Assembly (NCBI GenBank): GCA_040905565.1
Contig: JBBDRF010000064.1
Coordinates: forward strand, 1-22,384
Length of the DNA: 22,384 bases
Direction of reading: 5' to 3'
Source: Phycisphaeraceae bacterium
GTDB lineage: Bacteria > Planctomycetota > Phycisphaerae > Phycisphaerales > Zrk34
Part shown: in pieces, positions 15,358 to 22,384 of the stretch
Layout: every line of letters starts with the position of its first letter
Numbering within the stretch: the first letter of the stretch is position 1
The notes under the pieces: model-generated
Database searches by the model: none
What the model was told of the DNA's origin: nothing
What the model saw: only the letters and a program-made list of their open reading frames with translations
Made by a program: the position numbers and the translations under genes

Positions 15358-17588
15358 CAGCCTGCCTCGGTCGCGTCACGGCCCATCGAGAAGCGCTGCT
15401 GAAACACCTGCCGTGCGGTGCGCCACCACTGGGCCGCGAGCGGCTTGGCCGGGCCTTCGAAACGCACCATCACCCGCTGCCCGGGCCGAAGCACGGGGAC
15501 CGGATCGACGCCGTTGCTCACGGGCTTGATGTGGAACTCGAAAAATGGATCGCTCGCGCGTCGACCACTGGGGTCGTCGCTGGCGGCCTGCAAACTTCCG
15601 CCCGCCAGATAGCTCAGCGCGGGGCTCGGCAACTGCCGTCGGCCCGACGCAATGATGCGCTCGATCGTGCCGTGGCTGTGCATCTGCGGTCGGCCGCGCA
15701 CCCGCACCTCCGTCTGCACGTTCTGGGCATCGGCAAGGTACTCCGCCACCACGCGCGGGCCGAGCCGTTGATCGGCCACCACGCGGATGTACACATCGCC
15801 CGGATCGAGAAACCACCCCACGTGATGCCCCCGCCTCAGGTAAACGCCGGTCAGGTTGTCCATCGCACGGCTGACCCAGACGCCTTCGAACGGCGCCCGA
15901 ATCTCCAGATCCGCCAGGCGCTGTTCAAGCTGTTCGATGCGCTGACGCAGCGCGGAGACCTGTTCACTCGCGGCACGCATCAGGGCGGGATTATCCGCCC
16001 GGGCCACGTCGCGGCGAATCCGCACCGCGCGGAGTTCAGCCTTCAGTTCCGCCAGTTGCGATTCGAGGTCCGGGTTGCTTGCCGTCAGCATCGCCGCCTC
16101 GCCCGGCCCAATGCGGCTGCCGGATTGCTGCACGCTTTCCAAAATGCCGGGCGTCGCCATGTGCACGCTGGCCGCCCGCACCGGCTCAACGATCCCCTCG
16201 GCGCGTCCTCGATCGGGTGCAGGAATCACGCCGATCCCGACCACGATCGCACCGACAATCGCCCCGGTCACGCCCAGCGCCCGCGGCCGAACGCGCTCAA
16301 GCTCCGGGTTCGTCAGCAGGTAGCGGATGAACTTGCCGATCGGCACGAACACCCATGTAATCAACGCCGCCACGGCCAGCACGAAACCCAGGAAGAACAT
16401 CACGCCGGCGATGTAGAGGAGGATCGCGAAGCAGATGAAGAAGCGGTAGATGGTCGACGCGACGTTGTAGAATCCCAGCCACGCCCCTTCGCCCCCGCTG
16501 TGCGCGGCCGGCTGTACATTGCGAACGCCGAAGGCGTGCTTGCGGGCCACGTAGTAACCGTGCTGCTTGGCCCGCTGAGCGAGGTTCGCGATCTCCAGCA
16601 GGTCGCTGAGGATGTAGTAGCCGTCGAAGCGGAGCAGCGGATTGCCGTTGAAGAGGATCGTGGAGACGCCCGCCACGAAGATCATGTTGTACGCCAGCGC
16701 ATGCGTCAGCGTGTTCTCCCCGGTGTGCGCCCACACGATGGCGGCCACAGCCGCCAGAGCCAGCTCGGCATACATCCCCGCTGCGCCGACGAACGCGCGG
16801 TGCCACTTGTTGCGGAACGCCCACGAGCTTGAAGCATCGACGTAAGGCACCGGCGCGAACACCAGCAGCATGATGCCGACGGTATGCACCGGGCCGCCCA
16901 TCCCGTTCTTCCGACCGAAGTGCGCGCAGGCGAACCCGTGGCCGAATTCGTGGATCGCCTTGATGATGACAAAACACGCATAAAGCCCCACGACCCGCTC
17001 CGGGCTCAGCATCAGCTGTGGGTCCGCCCCCTGCCACAGCTCACCGAATCGGCCGACCAGGAAGTAAAACGCTGTCCCCATCAGCGCCAGCCAGAGCACG
17101 AACCCGATGGGTGAGAACGCCCAGCCGATCGCTGTGACCCACCGCTGCAGAATCACGTTCGGATCGAACAGCGGAATGCGGATGAACAGGAAGTTCATCA
17201 GGTAAGCGCCGACCTCGCGCCTCACGCGCTTCTGATGACGATCAAACAGCTGCCCCACGTCGACCGGCACGTCGCCCTGCAACAGGTTCGACGTATAAAG
17301 CTGACCCAGCATCTGAATCGCTTCGCCCTGCGTCGGCGCTTCGTCACCAAGTTGCTCGTTGCAGATGGCCCATGCCTCAGCCACGGTGCGTCGGCCGTCC
17401 AGCAGGGCAATGAAGTGATAGCCCGCATCGTTGACGCGGAAGAAGCTGTTGTTCGACGGGTCGCTGAACACGTGCCACATGCGGCCGCGGAACTGTTGGC
17501 GATACGTGCGCACCACCGACCGCACCCGCGGGCGCGTCTCCGCCACGCGGTGCCATGATTCGCTGAATGTCGGTCGATCGGTCGCCAT
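15357..17588 (-). CDS. PqqD/RRE-like domain + M50 (site-2) intramembrane Zn protease + membrane fusion (HlyD-like) domain
   Basis: N-terminal WHVFSDPSNNSFFRVN...LLDGRRTVAEAW...LGQLYTSNLL (PqqD-like pattern), HEFGH and NGNPLLRFDG zinc motifs among TM helices, C-terminal lipoyl/coiled-coil/IRAPFEGVW adaptor region. TGATG overlap with the secA-like gene. Confidence 0.88.
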   Translation of the reverse strand: MATDRPTFSESWHRVAETRPRVRSVVRTYRQQFRGRMWHVFSDPSNNSFFRVNDAGYHFIALLDGRRTVAEAWAICNEQLGDEAPTQGEAIQMLGQLYTSNLLQGDVPVDVGQLFDRHQKRVRREVGAYLMNFLFIRIPLFDPNVILQRWVTAIGWAFSPIGFVLWLALMGTAFYFLVGRFGELWQGADPQLMLSPERVVGLYACFVIIKAIHEFGHGFACAHFGRKNGMGGPVHTVGIMLLVFAPVPYVDASSSWAFRNKWHRAFVGAAGMYAELALAAVAAIVWAHTGENTLTHALAYNMIFVAGVSTILFNGNPLLRFDGYYILSDLLEIANLAQRAKQHGYYVARKHAFGVRNVQPAAHSGGEGAWLGFYNVASTIYRFFICFAILLYIAGVMFFLGFVLAVAALITWVFVPIGKFIRYLLTNPELERVRPRALGVTGAIVGAIVVGIGVIPAPDRGRAEGIVEPVRAASVHMATPGILESVQQSGSRIGPGEAAMLTASNPDLESQLAELKAELRAVRIRRDVARADNPALMRAASEQVSALRQRIEQLEQRLADLEIRAPFEGVWVSRAMDNLTGVYLRRGHHVGWFLDPGDVYIRVVADQRLGPRVVAEYLADAQNVQTEVRVRGRPQMHSHGTIERIIASGRRQLPSPALSYLAGGSLQAASDDPSGRRASDPFFEFHIKPVSNGVDPVPVLRPGQRVMVRFEGPAKPLAAQWWRTARQVFQQRFSMGRDATEAG

Positions 17589-17598
17589 GCTTTTGAAC

Positions 17599-19476
17599 CT
17601 ACAGCCACAGCTTCATGCGAACCCAGTTCACGATTTCATGCGTCCAGATCCACGCATACGAACGCTCGTCGATGTCGACCTTGGCGGCCCCTTCCATGTT
17701 CGGCCGAAGCCAGTCCGGATGCTCCTCAAGCTCCGCCTGCACGCGGAAAATGTTGCGTTGATCAAGTAGCTGAGCCATCGGTTCGATGCGCGTGATCGTG
17801 AACGGCACGTATGTCCCGGGATGCGAAGTCGAGGCCAGCTCTCCCGTCTGGCCGACCGCCAGTTCCGCGATCTTTGCTTCCGGCACCGCCAGCTGAATCT
17901 CCAGCTGTTCGAGCGGTGCGATCTCGAAAAGTGATTCGCCCGCCTCCACCGGCCGCCCGATCTCCTTGTGCAGATCGCCCGTTGTCAGCACGATGCCCGC
18001 GATGCGTGATTGGATCTCCGCCTGGCTCAGTCGCCAACGGACACGGTCGATCCGGGCCTGCACCCGGTCCGCCCCCGCTTCTGCGATGCGCTGCTCCGCC
18101 GTCTCGCCCTCAGCCCGGGCAATGTTCGCACGCGTGACCTGCTCCTCGAGTTCCGCCAGGGCTGTGACCAGATCGTTGCGAAGCTCCAACGTATCAAGCG
18201 AACCCAGCGTCTGGCCCGCCGTCACCGCATCGCCCGGCCGAACGCCCACCTCATGCACAAAGCCCGCGAACGGAGCCGCCAACACCTGCCCCTGCGACGC
18301 CTCCACGGTGAACGGGGCCTCCACGCGATACGTGCCCTGCGCGAAGATCGCGAAGGCCAGAAACGCCAGCACGCCGATTGCCGCCAGCTTCACCCATGTG
18401 TAGTGAGGCCCCACCAGCGTCGCCAGCCCCGATCGGCACGATCGCACCAGCCGAGCCCCCGCCCAGCGATCATGCTCCGCAAGATCGATCAGACGAGGTG
18501 TCGCCAGTTCGACCGTCAGCCGCAATGCCTCGACCTCGGCCGGCGTGAACGGCGACTCCTCCGGGCGTTCGACGGTGACCACGCCGCGCACTTCGCCGCC
18601 CTGCCGCATGGGCACGCTCAGGATGCAAGACGGCCCGAAGCGTCGACTGAGCTCGGCTGCCGATCGGCTGATCACCGTCGACTGCTCGTGATCGGGGCAA
18701 GGCACTTCGATGTCCTGGTCCAGCGCTTCCTCCATCGCCGCTTCGATCGCCTGGACGAGGTCCATCTTGCGGACGAGTTTTTCGGTGTGGCTCATTGCCT
18801 GCGTCTTCACGTACCGTCCGCGCAGCAGGCCGAAGCTCACACGGTCGGCCTTGATGCTGCTGGCGAGCTGATTGCACAGCGCCATGGCCGCGGCCTGGAA
18901 ACGCTCGTGACCGTTGACTTCGCTGAGCACGCTGCACGCGCCGGACAGCCGTTTGAGATCCTGCTGCCGCTGCCTCAGCGTGAGGCGCATTTCGTAGTTG
19001 TCCAGCAGCGACGCGGTCAGCTCAAGCTGGCGTCGGCTGTGGTTTACTTCGTCGGAATCCTGCTGGCGGATGAAAAACGTCGCCACGCCACGCACCCCGC
19101 CGGCCCCTCCACCGGGGGCCCCACCGCTGAGCGCGAGTAGCACGAGGTAAGCTTCCGCCTGCACGCCGTACATCCCGCCGGGCTGCTGAACGGGGAGGAT
19201 CTGGCTTTCGCCGCCCTTGAGCGCGGCCGCCGCCTGCATCGCCTGGGCAAGCCAGCTTGGCGCCGGCTGATCGTCCGCACGTGGCGGGTGCATCGCGACG
19301 ATGCTGCCGCCTTCGCCCTGCCGACGCAGGATCGCCCCCTGCTCTGCGCCGCCGATGCGACACTGCACCCGCAGCAGCTCATTAAGAAACTGTGCAGGCG
19401 GCCCCTCGAACCCGCTCAGGTCCGCGACCAGATCTGCTGGGTTCGGTTGTGCGCTCGCCGTCGTCTGATCATGCAT
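17599..19476 (-). CDS. GAF-domain-containing membrane fusion (periplasmic adaptor) protein
   Basis: N-terminal GAF-like segments (ILSVPMRQGGEVRGVVTVERPEESPFTPAEVEAL), single TM WVKLAAIGVLAFLAFAIFA, lipoyl half-motifs LAAPFAGFVHEVGVRPGDAVTAGQTL and IQSRIAGIVL...PVEAGESLFEI, beta-barrel ending LRPNMEG. SD GAGGA. Confidence 0.88.
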   Translation of the reverse strand: MHDQTTASAQPNPADLVADLSGFEGPPAQFLNELLRVQCRIGGAEQGAILRRQGEGGSIVAMHPPRADDQPAPSWLAQAMQAAAALKGGESQILPVQQPGGMYGVQAEAYLVLLALSGGAPGGGAGGVRGVATFFIRQQDSDEVNHSRRQLELTASLLDNYEMRLTLRQRQQDLKRLSGACSVLSEVNGHERFQAAAMALCNQLASSIKADRVSFGLLRGRYVKTQAMSHTEKLVRKMDLVQAIEAAMEEALDQDIEVPCPDHEQSTVISRSAAELSRRFGPSCILSVPMRQGGEVRGVVTVERPEESPFTPAEVEALRLTVELATPRLIDLAEHDRWAGARLVRSCRSGLATLVGPHYTWVKLAAIGVLAFLAFAIFAQGTYRVEAPFTVEASQGQVLAAPFAGFVHEVGVRPGDAVTAGQTLGSLDTLELRNDLVTALAELEEQVTRANIARAEGETAEQRIAEAGADRVQARIDRVRWRLSQAEIQSRIAGIVLTTGDLHKEIGRPVEAGESLFEIAPLEQLEIQLAVPEAKIAELAVGQTGELASTSHPGTYVPFTITRIEPMAQLLDQRNIFRVQAELEEHPDWLRPNMEGAAKVDIDERSYAWIWTHEIVNWVRMKLWL

Positions 19477-19637
19477 GATGCTGATATCCTCGGTCAGCGG
19501 CCGACCTTCTCTCCATGCCGCAGCCGATGGATATGCTGCGGCTTATCTCACGCCGTTCGATGCTCGCCTCGGGTTGAGATAAGAAATCTCCGGAACTTCT
19601 ACTATACATCACGCAGCAAACGGGGCGAGAAGAAATC

Positions 19638-21002
19638 TCAACGCGCCCGTTCACGCCACGTCGCCAGCTTCTGCCGCATCGTTTCTAATCGATCGGCATA
19701 TGCGGGGTCAGAGGCCAGATTCCGCCGCTCCTGAGGATCATTTTCCAGATTGAACAGCTGCTCCTGCTCAAACTCCGGCCAATAAACATACTTCCAGTCT
19801 CGGCGGATCACAGCATGCGAACGCGGGATCCGATCCTTATTCGAGATCGTCGGATGCTCGTAAAAGAATTCATCACGCCAACTTGGCGGCGTCTGTGAAA
19901 GATACAACGGCGAAAGATTCTCCCCCTGCATCGCCTCCGGCACCGCCACGCCAGCGGCCGCCACCACGGTCGGCGCAAGATCGATATTCAACGCGATCTG
20001 CTCACGCTGAATTCCGCGCTCCTCCTTCGGCAGCCGCGGATCGTGCACCACCAACGGCACCCGGATCGACTGCTCATACGGATACCACTTATCGGCCAGC
20101 TTCCGGTCGGCATGGAAGTATCCGTTGTCGCCGATGAATAGAATCAACGTGTTCTCGTAAACGCCCTGGGCTTTGAGTTCGTCAATGACACGCCCCACGG
20201 CATCGTCCACCTCCGTGATCAGGCGGTAGTAGTTGGTCATGTATTCCTGATATCGCTCAGGCGTATCGAAGCGCCAGTGATAGCGGACGCGACCTTCGTT
20301 GGAAGGCTGCTGCAAAAATGCCGGCAACGCCTGTAGATGCTCCGCGGTATCCAACGGCGACGGGGGAATCTCCACCCCTTCATAAAACTTACCGCTCCAG
20401 TCCTGCGGCAGGTACTGCTCCTCGGCAGCATCCTCAGCGTGCGGCGCGAAGAACGAAACGCTGAGGCAGAACGGCTGATCCGTCGGGCGAGTCTTCAGGA
20501 ATTCAAGCGAATCCCGCGCGTTCCTTTCCGTCACGTGCACCCGCTCGCCGTCGACCTGCATCCAGTGCCTGCCCTGATAGTTGCGAAGGAAGTCAAAATC
20601 CTGCTTCCGCGGAGCCCCCACGCCGTACTTGCCGACGAACCCCGTCCAGTAGCCCGCCTCACGCAACACGCCCGGATAACTCTGCGCGAATGCTTCGGGA
20701 TCAAGCTGCACGCCGAAACGGTCCACCCCGTGCCGCGACATGTATTGCCCCGTCAGGATCGAAGCACGACTGGTCATGCAGATCGAGGTCGTCACAAACC
20801 CCTGCGTGAACCGAACGCCCTCAGCGGCCAGTTCATCCAGCCTGGGCGTGTGGATCACGGTGTTGCCGGCTGCGCCCAGGGAGTCCCAACGCTGATCATC
20901 CGAAACGAGCACCACCACATTCATCGGCTGCGCCGCCTCGTCCTCCGCCAGCCCCACAGCGGCGAAGAGCAACAACGCCGCGGTTGCCATGAAAGCTTTC
21001 AT
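19638..21002 (-). CDS. Secreted formylglycine-dependent (S1) sulfatase
   Basis: Signal peptide MKAFMATAALLLFAAVGLA-EDE, NVVVLVSDDQRWD, SICMTSRASILTG, GFVGKYG, FFAPH, GDNG...DKWYPYEQSIRVPL, LFNLENDPQERRNL. SD AAGGG. Confidence 0.94.
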   Translation of the reverse strand: MKAFMATAALLLFAAVGLAEDEAAQPMNVVVLVSDDQRWDSLGAAGNTVIHTPRLDELAAEGVRFTQGFVTTSICMTSRASILTGQYMSRHGVDRFGVQLDPEAFAQSYPGVLREAGYWTGFVGKYGVGAPRKQDFDFLRNYQGRHWMQVDGERVHVTERNARDSLEFLKTRPTDQPFCLSVSFFAPHAEDAAEEQYLPQDWSGKFYEGVEIPPSPLDTAEHLQALPAFLQQPSNEGRVRYHWRFDTPERYQEYMTNYYRLITEVDDAVGRVIDELKAQGVYENTLILFIGDNGYFHADRKLADKWYPYEQSIRVPLVVHDPRLPKEERGIQREQIALNIDLAPTVVAAAGVAVPEAMQGENLSPLYLSQTPPSWRDEFFYEHPTISNKDRIPRSHAVIRRDWKYVYWPEFEQEQLFNLENDPQERRNLASDPAYADRLETMRQKLATWRERAR

Positions 21003-21090
21003 CACAATTTCCCTTCTTCGAATGACAACGAACCTGCCTGTTTTTCTGCCCCCGCTCGATTCCCGCGCCGATCCATGCGAAGATTCCCAC

Positions 21091-21528
21091 ATGGCTGCCG
21101 ACGATGCGATCAATATTGCCCCGAATCTGACGCTGCCGGCCGGCGTCATCCGCTTCAGCTATTCACGCTCCAGCGGGCCCGGCGGGCAGAACGTCAACAA
21201 GCTTAACACGCGTGCAGCTCTCGAAGTTCACCTCGCCGACCTCGAGGAACATCTCCGTCATCCGGTCGTGAATCGCCTGGCGCGCCTCGCCGGCCCCGGC
21301 TTGCTCACCGCCGACGGTCGGCTGCTGATCACCTGCGATACCAACCGGTCCCAGCGTGCCAACCGGGACGAGTGCCTTGAGCGCCTCCGCCAGTTGATTC
21401 TGCGTGCCCGGGTTGTGCCCAAACGCCGCAAGAAAACGCGTCCTTCGCGCTCCTCCGTGGAGAAACGCCTGCAACACAAAAAGCAGCGGGGCCAGATCAA
21501 ACGCCGTCGCCGTGAAGGCTTCGATTGA
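21091..21528 (+). CDS. arfB: Alternative ribosome-rescue factor ArfB (peptidyl-tRNA hydrolase)
   Basis: RSSGPGGQNVNK (GGQ motif), RSQRANR, basic tail PKRRKKTRPSRSSVEKRLQHKKQRGQIKRRR. Confidence 0.95.
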   Translation: MAADDAINIAPNLTLPAGVIRFSYSRSSGPGGQNVNKLNTRAALEVHLADLEEHLRHPVVNRLARLAGPGLLTADGRLLITCDTNRSQRANRDECLERLRQLILRARVVPKRRKKTRPSRSSVEKRLQHKKQRGQIKRRRREGFD

Positions 21529-21539
21529 TCGCAAACCGC

Positions 21540-21851
21540 TCAAGCGGGCTCGACCACCCGCACCGTCAGCGATTCAATCAGCTCGCCTGCTTCTTCACGG
21601 AACCGGTCCATGTGCGGGGCTGCGAGGTGGGCCTGCAGATGCGGCACGCTTTCCCACTGCTCGACCACCGTGACCATGTTCTCATCAGGCCCGACCTGAA
21701 CATCACCCAGCCCCGCGTCCACATCCACCGTCGGGCCGTACGCCAGACAACCCTCCTCAGCCAGCACCTCAGGCACCAGGGCGTGAAAGATCTCCAGGAA
21801 CCGCTCCCGGCCGCCGGGCTTGATCCGAATGAACGCGATCGTGTGAATCAT
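21540..21851 (-). CDS. ABM-family (putative quinol monooxygenase-like) protein
   Basis: MIHTIAFIRIKPGGRERFL...AEEGCLAY...VVEQWESVPHLQAHLAAPHM. SD GAGGAG before ATG 21851. Confidence 0.9.
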   Translation of the reverse strand: MIHTIAFIRIKPGGRERFLEIFHALVPEVLAEEGCLAYGPTVDVDAGLGDVQVGPDENMVTVVEQWESVPHLQAHLAAPHMDRFREEAGELIESLTVRVVEPA

Positions 21852-21955
21852 CAATAACTCCTCATCATCGGGGACCATTTTGTGAACCGCCGCAGTTTAA
21901 CCGCTCCGCCAATGCCCTGCCTGCTTCGCCCGCGTCCTTGGGATACGATGTAGGC

Positions 21956-22360
21956 ATGCACACCCTAAGCGTTTCAAGTCGGAAGCGGGATCAGATGATC
22001 GAGGTCACGGCCCAGGTCCAGCGGCTGGTCAAAGAAGCTGCCCTTGGCGAAGGCCACGTGATCGTCTACGTGCCCCACACCACAGCAGGCGTCACCATCA
22101 ACGAGAACGCCGACCCTGACGTCGTCCACGACATGCTCGTCCAGCTCGACGAAATGGTCCCCTGGAAGCAGCCGTTCTACCGCCACAGCGAAGGCAACAG
22201 TGCGTCGCACGTCAAAGCATCAATGATGGGCTCAAGCGTCACCGTTCTCGTCCGCGACGGCAAACTCGTCCTCGGCACCTGGCAAGGCATCTACTTCTGC
22301 GATTTCGACGGCCCACGCACACGCAGCCTCCACCTCCAACTCGTCAGCACAGAAACCTAA
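21956..22360 (+). CDS. yjbQ: YjbQ/UPF0047 family protein (secondary thiamine-phosphate synthase)
   Basis: VPHTTAGVTINENADPDV, HSEGNSASHVKASMMG, LGTWQGIYFCDFDGPRTR. Confidence 0.95.
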   Translation: MHTLSVSSRKRDQMIEVTAQVQRLVKEAALGEGHVIVYVPHTTAGVTINENADPDVVHDMLVQLDEMVPWKQPFYRHSEGNSASHVKASMMGSSVTVLVRDGKLVLGTWQGIYFCDFDGPRTRSLHLQLVSTET

Positions 22361-22384
22361 CCCCCCCCCACCTTTTCCGCAGAG

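Noticed and set aside
15117..16832. 571-aa plus-strand ORF, and similar long antisense ORFs (18010-19140, 4216-5139, 3152-3988, 20337-21206, 6974-7780, 12608-13210)
   Set aside because: They lie opposite motif-supported genes, are rich in Arg/His/Ala/Pro and carry no motifs. They are typical shadow ORFs of high-GC coding DNA.
22361..22369. C9 homopolymer after yjbQ as a phase-variation tract
   Set aside because: It is intergenic, follows a stop codon and sits at the window edge with no visible target.

Overview
GC-rich bacterial DNA. The gene content (secreted sulfatase and hydrolase, secondary SecA locus, DUF4142 lipoprotein) suggests Planctomycetota, but this is inference. From left to right: (1) about 1.9 kb of orphan ORFs beside the 3' end of a tRNA-Pro(TGG), with a tandem 11-bp repeat, which looks like one end of an integrated element extending beyond the left edge; (2) a PPOX-like protein, an orphan cytoplasmic PAS-PAS HisKA_3 kinase and a secreted alpha/beta hydrolase; (3) an arsenic-resistance operon arsR-arsC-arsD-arsA-acr3 with a near-consensus promoter and operator, extended by two translationally coupled genes (a small GCCGG-motif protein and a tandem USP); (4) a YbjT-like SDR-DUF2867 protein and a DUF4142 lipoprotein whose ribosome-binding site lies in a hairpin; (5) the most interesting locus, a three-gene operon encoding a GAF-membrane fusion protein, a PqqD/RRE-like-M50 metalloprotease-membrane fusion protein and a C-terminally truncated SecA-like ATPase, which together suggest an ABC-less, type I-like export and processing machine with no TolC or cargo gene in the window; (6) a sulfatase, arfB, an ABM-family protein and yjbQ. 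All family calls come from motif recognition by eye; no database search was run.
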